A stretch of DNA of 63,969 nt, counting the filler, from Folioceros fuciformis (lineage: Eukaryota): assembly GCA_049999805.1 (NCBI GenBank). It is 9 parts of 9 records of this genome, joined end to end, with 100 filler letters (N's around TTAATTAATTAA, not from the genome) between each part and the next. Parts side by side here need not be neighbours in the genome. Positions count along the whole stretch, not along the records: positions 35,080 to 56,115 come from JBNGIO010001432.1; positions 56,216 to 62,760 come from JBNGIO010001433.1; positions 62,861 to 63,969 come from JBNGIO010001515.1; 6 more parts are not named here. One strand, given 5' to 3'. Below, in pieces: positions 52,984 to 63,969 of the stretch; the first letter of the stretch is position 1, and every line of letters starts with the position of its first letter. A program made the translations under genes and the position numbers. The notes below the pieces were generated by a model, which saw only the letters and a list, made by a program, of their open reading frames with translations, was not told the origin of the DNA and ran no database searches.

Positions 52984-55608
52984 ATGTCGCGGAAGATGGA
53001 TGCTTGGAGCGTGCAACTTCATTGTCGAAGACGGCGACGATGGCAGCTGCTTTTCTGCACAGCACAAAGACGAATTGGCGAGACAACAGGTCTAATGGGA
53101 AGAGCTTCCTCAAGGGACGTAACGGCCGGCACGGTGAGCGTACTATCTCAGAAGGGGCAGGTCACTGAAGCTATTGAGGCTCTGGGCGTTCTGGTGCAGA
53201 CGCAAGGGCGTTTGTCACCGTCTCTACTGTATGCTGTCCTCAAAAGCTGTGTGGTTAAGAAGGATTTGATACTGGGTCGCCTGCTCCATGCCCTTACCGT
53301 GAGACAGGGATACGAGTCGGACACGTTCCTGTGCAATCACATCGTCCGAATGTACGGGTCTCATGGCAGGTTACAGGAAGCGATGGATGTGTTCACCATG
53401 GTTGCTGAACCAAATGCCTTCATGTGGTGTTCCATAATTTGTGCGCATGGCAAGCACGGTCGACCGATGCAGGCTGTGGAGCTGTATCATCGGATGGGCA
53501 GGTCAAGTGTGAAGCCGGATGGGCATGTGTTTGTAGCAGCGCTACAGGCTTGTGCAAGGGGGGGAGATATAAAAAGTGGAGAGCAGGTACACGCCGATGT
53601 TCTGGCCAGTGGGCTCGAGCCCGATATGTTTGTTTACAATGCTTTGGTTGACATGTATGCAAAGTGTGGCCGCCTGGAGGAAGCTCGAGGGGTGTTTGAC
53701 GGGCTTCCTGGCAAGGATGTGGTGACCTGGACTGCTCTGATAGGAGGATATTCCCAGCAGGGCAGGGGTCAGGAAGCCCTTCACCTCTACACCGCTATGC
53801 AAGAAAAAAGCGTTGGCGCACCTGATTCTGTGACATATGTCTGCCTCCTTCAGGCCTGTGCAAATGTTGGTGCCCCTGCCCTGAAGACTGGAAAGCAGCT
53901 TCATGCCCAGGTTGGAGAACGAGGGCTTGATTTGGCCGTCGGGAGCAGTTTGGTAAACATGTATGCTAAATGTGGCAGCCTCCTGGATGCACGTGGTGTG
54001 TTTGACAGGCTTTGTCGTAAGGATGTGGTGACATGGAATGCAATGATAGCAGGATATTCCCAACGGGGAATGGGTCAGGAAGCCCTTTATCTTTACAGCA
54101 ACATGCTAGAAGAAGGCAGCACTGCACCAGATTCTGTGACATTTGTGTGCCTACTGCAGGCTTGTTCAAATGTGGGCGTTCCAGCTTTGGAGGCAGGCAA
54201 GCAGCTTCATGCAGCGATTGGAGAGCGAGGACTTCTGGCCGATGTTGTTGTAGCTAACAGTTTAGTGAACATGTACGCAAAGTGTGGTAGTTTACAGAAT
54301 GCTCAGGAAAGTTTTGATGGGCTTGAGCACAAGGATGTGGTGACGTGGAATGCAATGATCGCAGCCTATTCCCAGCGGAGCATGGGTCAGCAAGCTCTCA
54401 ATCTTTACACGGCTATGCTAGAACCAGGTACAATGGAACCAAATACAGTAACATTTGTGTGCCTTCTTAAGGCATGCGCAGGTGTGGGCACCCCAGCTTT
54501 AGATAAGGGGAAGGAGCTTCATGCTCAGATTGTTGAAGGAGGGCTGCAGGCTGATACTGTCGTAGGTTGCAGTCTTGTGAACATGTATGCGAAGTGTGGC
54601 AGCCTCCGGGATGCTCAGAGCGTGTTTAATGGGCTCTCTGAAAAAAATGTGGTCTCGTGGACTGCTTTGATATCAGGATACGCTCAGCAGGGCATGGATC
54701 AGGAAGCCCTTCATCTCTACACTGCTATGCAAGAAGAGGGACTTTCTGCTCCTGATTCTGTGACATTCGTGTGCCTTCTGCAGGCATGTGCAAACGTGGC
54801 AGCTTTGCACACAGGGAAGCAGCTTCATGTGGAAATCACAGAACATGGGCTCCACACTGATGTGTTTGTAGCGATTAGTTTAATCGATATGTATGGCAAG
54901 TCTGGGAGCATGGTTGACGCCCAGCTGGTGTTTGATGCATTGCCTGACAGAGACATTGTGGTCTGGAATGCACTTATTGCAGGATATTCCCGCCAAGGGG
55001 ACTTTGGGGTGGTCTTTGACGTGGTTGACAGAATGAGGGAGCATGGCATTCAGCCAGACGGCGTCACTCTTGTTAGTGTTTTAACAGTATGCAGTCACGC
55101 AGGTCTGGTGAACACGGGACGGGAGTATTTTGAATCCATGACCAGACACTGCGGCCTCAAACCGACCGTTGAGCACTACACTTGCTTGGTAGACCTCCTA
55201 GGTCGTGCAGGTCAACTGGAAGAGGCGCTAGCCATAGTAAAGACAATACCTGTACCGCCCGACGCTGCAATTTGGCACACTCTGTTGGGTGCCTGTAGGA
55301 AGTGGAGCAACGTGAATATAGCATGTCATGCTTTTGATGAGGCAGTGAAGTTAGACGAAAAAGATGCCGCAGCATATGTCTTCATGTCCAACATATATGC
55401 CAGTGCCCAAATGTTGGAGGAGGCACAGGAAATGCAGCGGAGGAGAATAAAGATAAGGGCATGGAAGCAAGCAGGTCAGAGCTGGTGGACAGATACAGAT
55501 GGACTGGTGCACACTTTCGCGGTTGGGGACATGAAGCACGTAGATCGTGAACATATATACAAAAGCTTAAAACAGCTCAGTTCCCAAATTTTCGAAGGAG
55601 GGGACTGA
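52984..55608 (+). CDS. PLS-class PPR protein with E1/E2/E+ extension and no complete DYW domain (candidate organellar RNA-editing factor)
   Basis: Intronless 874-aa ORF of repeated P-L-S triplets (DVVTWNAMI / DSVTFVCLLQAC / SLVNMYAKCG), HYTCLVDLLGRAG, WHTLLGACR, YVFMSNIYA, KQAGQSWWTD...VHTF. Confidence 0.96.
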   Translation: MSRKMDAWSVQLHCRRRRRWQLLFCTAQRRIGETTGLMGRASSRDVTAGTVSVLSQKGQVTEAIEALGVLVQTQGRLSPSLLYAVLKSCVVKKDLILGRLLHALTVRQGYESDTFLCNHIVRMYGSHGRLQEAMDVFTMVAEPNAFMWCSIICAHGKHGRPMQAVELYHRMGRSSVKPDGHVFVAALQACARGGDIKSGEQVHADVLASGLEPDMFVYNALVDMYAKCGRLEEARGVFDGLPGKDVVTWTALIGGYSQQGRGQEALHLYTAMQEKSVGAPDSVTYVCLLQACANVGAPALKTGKQLHAQVGERGLDLAVGSSLVNMYAKCGSLLDARGVFDRLCRKDVVTWNAMIAGYSQRGMGQEALYLYSNMLEEGSTAPDSVTFVCLLQACSNVGVPALEAGKQLHAAIGERGLLADVVVANSLVNMYAKCGSLQNAQESFDGLEHKDVVTWNAMIAAYSQRSMGQQALNLYTAMLEPGTMEPNTVTFVCLLKACAGVGTPALDKGKELHAQIVEGGLQADTVVGCSLVNMYAKCGSLRDAQSVFNGLSEKNVVSWTALISGYAQQGMDQEALHLYTAMQEEGLSAPDSVTFVCLLQACANVAALHTGKQLHVEITEHGLHTDVFVAISLIDMYGKSGSMVDAQLVFDALPDRDIVVWNALIAGYSRQGDFGVVFDVVDRMREHGIQPDGVTLVSVLTVCSHAGLVNTGREYFESMTRHCGLKPTVEHYTCLVDLLGRAGQLEEALAIVKTIPVPPDAAIWHTLLGACRKWSNVNIACHAFDEAVKLDEKDAAAYVFMSNIYASAQMLEEAQEMQRRRIKIRAWKQAGQSWWTDTDGLVHTFAVGDMKHVDREHIYKSLKQLSSQIFEGGD

Positions 55609-56115
55609 TTTTTTCTGGCTGCCATCACATGGGAGCTCCCTTGGCCTAAAATACCGTCCAGCTGGGGCAGAGCTTGGTGGCTGTCCCCTTGGCTTGTAAA
55701 CGCAGCAGCTCCATGATATCACGGCAGTTCAATCCTCTACGATGAGCTCGATCTGTGAACAACGCTAGATGGAGTAGGTTGATGAGTAACTCAGGATCAT
55801 TCTACCCTCTCGTAAATCGACTCTCGTCAATCGGCTGGTTCTACAGTTCTCTGGCTTTGACTACCAAGAGCATTTTTCTGTTTGCGACAAACTGGGTTCT
55901 GATATTCAATTTGGAGTGTTTAGGGCAGCGGAACGCATCGAGCATGGATGCAGCGTTGCTGCTGAGGCGGCGAATCATTCCCTTCTTTCCACCAGCAAGC
56001 GTAGGAGTTCCCAGGAAGATCCATGGCGGGGTATCCACACCCTTCGGCCCTTGCAGTATGGCTGCATCCTTGGCACGAATTGCTTACCGGGCTCCCTTCC
56101 GATTGCTCCCAGCTC

Positions 56116-56215
56116 NNNNNNNNNNNNNNNNNNNNNNNNNNNNNNNNNNNNNNNNNNNNTTAATTAATTAANNNNNNNNNNNNNNNNNNNNNNNNNNNNN
56201 NNNNNNNNNNNNNNN
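56116..56215. other. Artificial contig spacer
   Basis: N44-TTAATTAATTAA-N44. Confidence 0.99.
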
Positions 56216-56785
56216 TGGGCGGCCCGCAGGGCCCAGGCTACCAGCTCGCCTAGGGCCTGCGGCCAGAGGTGCTCGCAGCCCCTGGTGCCTTAGTGCTCGA
56301 GGTTGGGCGCCCCTCTCAAGCACCCCGCTCCTGAGGCCTAGCAGTGCCTGCAGCCGCCCCGTTGCCTAGATCCCGCTCCACTGCCTTGCACCGTGAAGTC
56401 GAAGACCTTTGCATTCGGGATGCTGCATAAGGATCCTATTCTCTTTGATGCTGCCATCACTCCGAAACCTCAGCGCATCATCACCCTTGCTCCAAACCAG
56501 GCTCTAATACCACTTGAAGGATCGCTAGAAGGAGCTACATGATGAAGGAGGAGAGAAAGAGAGGTCACACTCTCACAATAGAGTCTCAATAGCAAGGGAG
56601 CTCAAGGAGGTATTTATACCCTCTAGAAGAGCTCCCTAGGAAGCTTCACAAGAAGTGCACAGGAAGCTGCGCAAGAAGCTTCCTACAAGTTAGCTTAAGC
56701 TAATCTAAACTAATGGTATTTAACTAGACACTAATCTTAGACTAAACACATTAGTCTAAGCATATTGGGCTTTAATAACCCTACA
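56216..56785 (-). mobile_element. 5' LTR (56515-56785), PBS (56501-56512) and start of internal region
   Basis: Reverse complement of the 4949-5283 LTR family, followed by TGGTATTAGAGC. Confidence 0.85.
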
Positions 56786-57054
56786 AAATTTACCATCTCT
56801 TTACCACTTGTTAGATGAAATGGAATTGAAGGTTTACATGCTTTAGTATTTACATGCTTAGTCGTCGGAACTTCATATTGTAAGTGAGTGCTAGGGCACT
56901 CTAGTTATTGCAATACAATGGCCATGGTTTCTATTAGGCTTCCATGAGTTTCGATAATTGTAGAAGCTGCCACAAGACATCCTCGCAAAGGTAGGTAAGT
57001 GAACAATATTTAGCTTTAGTTGAGTTGAAAGTCATTTGTTGCTACTTGCTATCT

Positions 57055-60000
57055 TGTGGAAATGGAGAGAACGATTCTTATGAAAAGAACATCGATCATT
57101 ATGGCTGATGGCCACATATAGGAAAGTATAAACCGCTATTCGGTTTGGGCAATTTAACTGTTTGTAACTACACTAACTACGATATTTACAATTTACTATT
57201 ATGTGTGCTTAAGCAAGGTAAACCAAAACGTGCCCTAAAAACGTTGTGCATCGGTCTGCGGTGTATGTCAACGGTACCCCAACGCACGGTGCGCCAACAC
57301 TCCCCCTCACCATGGATCCGATCTCGCAAGCCTTAAAATTTGGATGCTGGTGAAGAGAATGTGTGATGGCTGACAGTCACGGGCGATTGAGTCACTCCCC
57401 CTCACGCTTGAGCATAAGATAAGAATCCTTGCTGAAAAGCCCTATTGCAACTACATGCTTCTCATGAAGTGATTTGGATAACCCCTTGGTCAGGAGATCT
57501 ATTGTATTCTCTGCTATGCTGATATACTTCAGGATCACTTGCTTGTTGGCCACGGTCTGACATATGAAATGGTATTGAATTTCCACATGTTTCGTCCTGG
57601 CGTGCAAGATTGGGTTATAAGTCATTGCGATGGCGGACTGATTGTCGCAAAACAGCTCAGTTGGTTCTGATTGTGACTTTTTGATATCTTGAAGAAATTG
57701 CCTGATTCATAGAATCTCTTTCGCGGCTAGGGTTGTTGCTGCATACTCAGCCTCGATTGAAGATGTGCAGATTGTCTGCATCTTTTTACTTGCCCAAGAA
57801 ACTGTTGAAGCATTGATGCGCATGCAACAGGCTGCTATTGATTTCCTCGAGTTTGAGTCGCCAACCCAGTCTGCATCCGATAAGCCAATTAGTTTGAGGT
57901 TAATTGCATGATTAGCCTTATACAGTAGCCCTAAGGATTTGGTCTTTTTGAGATAGCGTGGGATTCGTTTCACGCTTGTCTAGTGAGCCTTTCCGGGGTT
58001 TGACATATATCTCAGATGGCCACAATGTTGACGGCTAGTGCAACATCTAGCCTTGTCCATATTGATAAGTACAGCAAGCTGCCTACAGCCTCATTGTAAG
58101 GTACATTCTTCATCTCATTTACGTCTTCTGGTGATGTGGGGCAGTCAAGTGCTGACACTTTGTCACCGGACACTATTGGTGTAGCAACTGGTTTGGCATC
58201 TGACAGATTAAACCTGGCAAGCAGCTGGTCAACATAATGTTCTTGATGGATGACGAAGGAGCCATCAGATGGGTTGTGCTCAAACTGGACTCCGAGTGCG
58301 AAGCGGAGAGGCCCCATATCTACAACGTCGTATTCCCTACCTAATAAGTCCTTCACATGTTGAATGATTTTAGGAGTGTTACCGAAAATGAAATTGTCGT
58401 CGACATAAAGTGTCACAATTGCAAACTCGTCTCCTGATTTCAGAACATATACGCTCTTGTCTGCTGTGAGGCTGGAGAAACCATATTTATGGAGGTACAA
58501 ATCCATTGTTTCATTCCACACTTGCGCTGACTGCTTAAGGCCGTAAATGCTTTTAAGAAGCTTGCACACCTTATTGGGGTCTTGAATGAAACCTGGTGGT
58601 TGCAACATGTATATATCTTCATGCAGCGTTCCATACAGGAAGGCTGTTTTAACGTCAACTTAATGTATCTGCAGATGGTGGTGAGCTGCGAAAGCAAGAA
58701 GAATTCGGATAGACGTGGATTTTACGACTTGGCTGAAAAGCCGATGCTCCTCGTAGTCGAAGCCCAGCACCAGGGTGAACCCACGGGCTACGAGTCTTGA
58801 CTTGAATCTTGATACAGTGCCATTTGGATTAAGTTTTCTTCTGAAGGTCCACTTACAGGAAATTGGTTTCCACCCAGCAGGCAGGTCAGTAAGCTTCCAG
58901 GTCTCGTTTGCAATTAGGGAATCGTATTCGGACTGTACTGATGCTTTCCATTCAAGTATACTAAGTGCTTCTTCTATGCTTATTGGTACACCTTGCATCT
59001 CGATTGTAGAGAGGGCTTGGTGAAGGTCAAGCTAAACTGAATCACTCTAGGAAGCTCGTGGTGGAATTGACATCTGTACGGGTGGAGTAACTGAGGGTAC
59101 CTCTACCTCTACATATGGTGTGGCTACTTGACGAGAAAAAGACTCTCTAGGAACGAAGGGTGGATTTCTCCATTGATGGCTAGGTGGCCTGTGGCGAGTG
59201 GATCGCCTAAGAGGTGGTGGTTCAGGTTGAGGGGTACTGACCTCATAATCTGGCTGGTTGAGGAGAGGCAAGCTGCCCGTATGGTTGTCCGGTGTGGAGT
59301 GACCTAATGGTAAGTCGTGTGGATGCGGCAGAGCAGGAGCTTGGTTTGGAGTTATTGATTGAAGTGGCTGGACGGGAGAAGGTGAAGCCGGAGGTGGATG
59401 ATTCCCTGTCGGACCTTGAACCTCAAACTCATAATCACTAGGGTTATATGTGTCCCCCTCAAGGTCAGAACGGGAATCAGGTGAGAAACCAGAAATACTA
59501 GGGTCAGGCAAAGGAATAGTGGAAAAAGACGGAATGGATGTATGTTTGAATAAGAGTGGCTTCATGGAAGTGAACGCTACGGGATAGGGTTACCTGCATT
59601 GTAGATGGGTCGAAAAGTCTGTAAGCCTTGGACTAATCTGAATAACCAATGAACAGAAGTTTGCGTCCTTTGTCATCCTACTTCTTACGGAGATCATTAG
59701 GGATGTGAGCAAAAGCTGGGTTGCCGAAGATTCGAAGGTGAGAAATTCTGGGCTTGTGGCCGGTCCAGCGTTCATAGGGTGTTGTGTTGACAAGCTCCTT
59801 AGTAGGTAGGCGATTCTTCAAATAGTTTGCTGTAGAGACGGCTTCAGCCCAATAACCTTTTGTAAGCCCTACCAACTTAAGGATGGAGCACGAGATTTCC
59901 AGCAACGAGCGGTTCAGACGTTTGGCAAAGGGGTTTTGAGAAGGCGTGTAGGGAACTGTGTACTGGCGAAAAATTCCTCTAGAGGTACAGAATGAATGAA

Positions 60001-61844
60001 AGGATTGACTGGTATATTCCCCGCCGTTGTTTGTTCTAAGGGTGCAAACCTGAAACCCCGTCTGCCTTTCTGCAGTGGTGACTTACTCCTGAAAACAGGA
60101 AAAGGCCTCATCTTTGTGACGAAGAAAGTAAACATGACAGTATCTGCTTCACTTGTCGAGGAAGGTCATAGAGTAGAGGTGACCCCTAAAGCTGGTGGTG
60201 CTCATGGGGCCACAGAGGTTGGAATGGACAGTCTCTAAAAGGCAACAGGCTTGAGTGGGAGCAACATCTTTAAAGGTACCTGGGCAAGCTTAGCATACTA
60301 ACAAATCTCCCAGAAGAAGTCTTTATGTACTTTGATTGTCACAGGGTCTTTGTACATGCTGGGGTTAGCAAAAGCATGTAGATAGTGGGGGTTCAGTGAC
60401 CGGCGCAACAGTGCCAAAGAAGGACATGATTCTGATGGTTTGGAGAAGTGGCGATGGAGATGTCCACCAAAAGGGAGGATGAGGTCGACTGGATGTTCAA
60501 GAGAAAAAATCGTCGTATGGGAGACCATGAGCAAGCGCTGTCTGATTCTGATCTCTCGAGTGGTAGATTGTGCAGTGATTACCTCGAAAAGTGATAATGA
60601 GATCAAGCTCAGTTGCGAGTTTACAAACTTAGAGCAGGTTCTTCATCATTGCCAGGACGTGGAGGACTCCATTAATGGTGAGTAGCTCCCCGTTAGACGA
60701 TCGGAGCTGAATTTCTCCTGATCCTTGGATAGCTAGGGTGCTGTCGTCACTGAGCAGGACATGTTGGTCGGAGAGTGTGCCATGGTATGAGGTGAACATG
60801 TCGCGACTGCTGCAAATGTGATTTGTTGCTCCGGAATCGAGAAACCACTTGCTGGTGTCAGTTCTGGTGAGTGAGGCAGACCGTCAAAATTGAATCTATA
60901 GCAGGTGGCGTCAAAGCCTGCAACAAGTGTGTTTCATGTCGAGGAGGATCGCGACGAGGTTCACCTGCCGCCTTCTTGCGGCACTTGTACTCGAAGTGCC
61001 CAGGGATCCTACACCAGTTGCAGGGTCCCTTTGTAGTTCTTCGTTGTTGCTTATTTCCGCTGAAAATTGGTTGTGTTCCAAACTGATGAACGGGCCTCCT
61101 TGTGGCAGGGTTTGGTCTGAGGCTGCCCCGTCATCCGCCTCTACCTCGTGATGTGAAAAGAGCGTGACTTGGGCCTGCACTAAACTTGGGATTGCTCGCA
61201 CGGCTTGATTCTTCCTCCAGCAAGGCTCCCACGACTTCTGAAAGAGTGTAAACTGGTACTCGTCCAGATGGCGCTACCTGAATTGACTGCCGCAAGACAG
61301 AATTTTGAGAACTGACGAAAGTTCTATAAGAGGGAGGAAGAGAAGTGAAGAGTGCGACAGCTGCTTGCAACTCTGTGACAGTTGTGCCACTCGCTGCAAG
61401 CTTGGCCCGCAAGGACCTGAAGTTATGGATGTGTTGCTCCATAGTTTCACCTTCTTTCATTTTCAGCGAATAAAACTGACGTGTGGCGTTGATTAGGGAC
61501 ATGGAGCTTTGAGCTTAGAACATGTCCTTGCCCACACTTTTGCTGAGGTACTCTGACCTTGTGTGTGGGGTAGCATACTCTTGTCTAATGCAGAAATAAG
61601 AGCGTGCTCTCTTGTCTTTCTTATGCCAGGTTGCAATCTCGTCAAGGGTTGCAGGAGGCACGGTAGTTATGGATGGTTGCTTCAGGGTTCCATCTACAAC
61701 TGACATTAGATCATGCTCCTCTAAGAGCGCAGTGATGTGCACCTGCCATGCCTCGAAATCACTTCCGTTGAAGCGATCTCAGTCTCAGAACTCTATCTTA
61801 GAGATAATTTTGGAAGGTACAAAAGGTGTTGAGGTTGTCATTAT
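57055..61844 (-). mobile_element. Near full-length degenerate Ty1/copia element (gag-PR-INT-RT-RH, PPT, 3' LTR ~57055-57299)
   Basis: RFNGSDFEAW, FYSLKMKEGE, WFLDSGATNHI, YWAEAVSTANYLKNR, KSRLVARGF, KSIYGLKQ, LYVDD, SDADW, HARTKHVEIQYHF in copia order with many stops. TGAGGGGGAG then TGTTGG at 57299. Confidence 0.93.
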
Positions 61845-61943
61845 GTAGTGCTGAAAAAGTCTGAGGGGATCAAAAGATAGAATCTACAAGGGGGCTTTTC
61901 TGTAGGTAAGACTCTACTCTACCTAGACGTACAGTTGTGCTGA

Positions 61944-62760
61944 TGTTGAAAATAACCCGTTGTTATGGGTAACCTAGGAGTATGCATGAATAGATGACCT
62001 AATTAGTTTAGGGCTTGGCTATAAATACCTTTACCTTTTCATTATTAATTATTCTCTCATTAATTATCATGTTGGATTCTTTTGATATCTATCTCTTGCT
62101 ACACGCACAAGATGTCAAGCTGTCTTGACTGCTATTCAGCATCTTATATTCCTGTTATGGTATCAGAGCACCCGATGCTGATTACCATGCTGTAGCTACG
62201 ATGCCGAGGAACAGGACAAATTCTGGTTGTGGTGGCAGAGGAGGTTTCGTTAAAGCCTTCTCTCGACCCCTAAATAGATCTACTGTTCCCTCGAGCATTT
62301 CCTGGATTGAAGCTGAATTAAAGGCAATGCGCGATTAGAGGGTTTTGGAGAATTATTGGCGGTGCAGGGGCCATGGAAATCCACATCATTCAGTGTCACG
62401 AATTCCTACTTCTAAACCGTGCACCAATTGTGGGCGTTTCTTCAAACCAGATTGCTCTAAGGCCAGACCACCTGTTAGGCGGTCATCTTCAGCACCTCAA
62501 TCCTATACGGAAGACGCTGACATACCTGCAACGGCAACTTTGAATTCTCAGTCACAAAATCTGGAAGGTACGCTGAATGCTGTCATCCAGCGACAAGAAT
62601 CTTTCTCAAAAAGATTGGATTCGACTGATATGAAAATTCACAAGTTTGCTGCAAAATTTTCCTCAGAACTTGGTCGACTAACTAGACAGTTGCAAATTCT
62701 GAATGTAACACTCCGCTCCTCTGATGAGGAGCGTTCAGATTAATCTCACCCATTGTTCTT
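61944..62760 (+). mobile_element. LTR (~61944-62157), PBS (62158-62169) and post-PBS ORF (62201-62743, one internal TAG)
   Basis: TGTTGAAA...TATAAATA...TGGTATCAGAGC-ACCCGATGCT, then ORF MPRNR...CTNC...LEGTLNAVIQRQESFSKRLDS. Confidence 0.8.
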
Positions 62761-62860
62761 NNNNNNNNNNNNNNNNNNNNNNNNNNNNNNNNNNNNNNNN
62801 NNNNTTAATTAATTAANNNNNNNNNNNNNNNNNNNNNNNNNNNNNNNNNNNNNNNNNNNN
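62761..62860. other. Artificial contig spacer
   Basis: N44-TTAATTAATTAA-N44. Confidence 0.99.
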
Positions 62861-63156
62861 CTTAGGATCGGCTGTTTTGTTGTCAAGTTCGGCCTGGACG
62901 CCTGGCGGCACAACTCCACCCCACAACTCCACCCTCTCTCATCTTATGTTGTGGAACTATGACGGTGACGAGTCGTTAAGTGAATTTTCGATGTCGTTTC
63001 TGGAATGCAAATCATTACGCATCCTGAGTTTGGAATGAGTAAACTGGCCCTCTTTCATGAAAGCGTTGGTGCGGTGTTTGGAGAAAAATACACCTTTGAA
63101 TGAGCTCCGCTTTGTGTATTGCGTGGGACTCGACGATGAGAGACTTTTCTCCCTTG

Positions 63157-63526
63157 GGCAGGCATGATGTACATTTTCGAGGTACGTATAATGTGGGATT
63201 TGAAGCAACCCAGACGGGCAGTCTCATTCAGAGGAAAAAGGTCCAAAGGAAGGGATGACGATGCATGGGCTGGGAGCCTAGCTGAGCAGAACTCAGGTGG
63301 TGGGATCCTCCGGTCCATAGACCCACCTTCCATGTGAAGGAAGGCATCTCTTTTCTTCCTTTGGCAGACATGATGTTTATTTTCGAGGTACGTACAATAT
63401 GGGATTTGAAGCAACCCAGACGGGCAGTCTGATTAGGGTTTAGGGAGCCTAGCTGAGCTGAGCAGAACTCAGGTGGTGGGATCCTACGGTCCATATAGAC
63501 CCACCATGTGAAAGAAGGCATCTCTC
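63157..63526. repeat. Two-copy tandem duplication (~206-bp spacing, with an indel)
   Basis: GGCAG.CATGATGT..ATTTTCGAGGTACGTA...GAAGCAACCCAGACGGGCAGTCT at 63157 and 63363. Confidence 0.85.
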
Positions 63527-63528
63527 CT

Positions 63529-63882
63529 GCAAGGTGCAGTGTAGCAACAGTCATATTCTGTCCTCAAGTAACAAGTGGGGGAGGGAAGGAAAGGTGAAAG
63601 CAGCAGCTCAGAAAACGTTTGCCTCAAAAGCTCCTCAAGCTCGCAAGCAAGGTGCAGTGTAGCAACAGTCATATTCTGTCCTAACGTGACAAGTGGGGGA
63701 GGGAAGGAAAGGTGAAAGCAGCAGCTCAGAAAACTTTTGCCTCAAAAGCTCCTCAAGCTCGCAAGCAAGGTGCGGTGTAGCAACAGTCATATTCTGTCCT
63801 AAGGTGACAAGTGGGGGAGGGAAGGAAAGTTGAAAGCTGCAGCTCAGAAAACTTTTGCCTCAAAAGCTCCTCAAGGTCGCAA
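63529..63882. repeat. 118-bp tandem repeat, 3 copies
   Basis: Units begin GCAAGGTGC.GTGTAGCAACAGTC at 63529, 63647 and 63765. Confidence 0.93.
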
Positions 63883-63969
63883 CCTTCGACCAGGTCACCA
63901 GATCCTCAAAAGCACGGAAACAGACGAGACTCGTGGTGAACATTTCGTATTATTGATGGAGAGACTAAA

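Noticed and set aside
55755-56115. ORFs at the contig end, and a possible remnant DYW after the PPR stop
   Set aside because: No HSE or CxxC motif seen; a gene 3' end on the minus strand is possible but unsupported.

Overview
Eukaryotic (land-plant) nuclear DNA, not prokaryotic. The window is nine contigs joined by eight artificial 100-bp spacers (N44-TTAATTAATTAA-N44), so adjacency across spacers is not biological. Gene-dense islands with ~80-400 bp GT-AG introns contain GPCAT, an NDR kinase, a class A ARF (5' end missing), TDP1-beta (split and misordered across two contigs), an organellar RRM protein, COG3, a GT31 galactosyltransferase, an At5g09995-like membrane protein, GPN1, a DDX42/RH24 helicase, a PLS-class PPR protein and an unassigned secreted Cys-rich protein. 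They are separated by nests of degenerate Ty1/copia and Ty3/gypsy elements, solo or partial LTRs, a CRE-like restriction-endonuclease non-LTR element with a 14-bp TSD, and minisatellites. Short introns, a WW-type PPR PG-box and the absence of a miR167 site in the ARF point to a seed-free plant, most likely a hornwort (inference). The most unusual signal is three LTR elements that each carry an apparently homologous ~180-codon ORF (MPR start, CxxC-like motif, coiled-coil C-terminus) right after the PBS; in the clearest copy it lies upstream of a copia gag. Exon and element boundaries were read by eye and may be off by a few bases.
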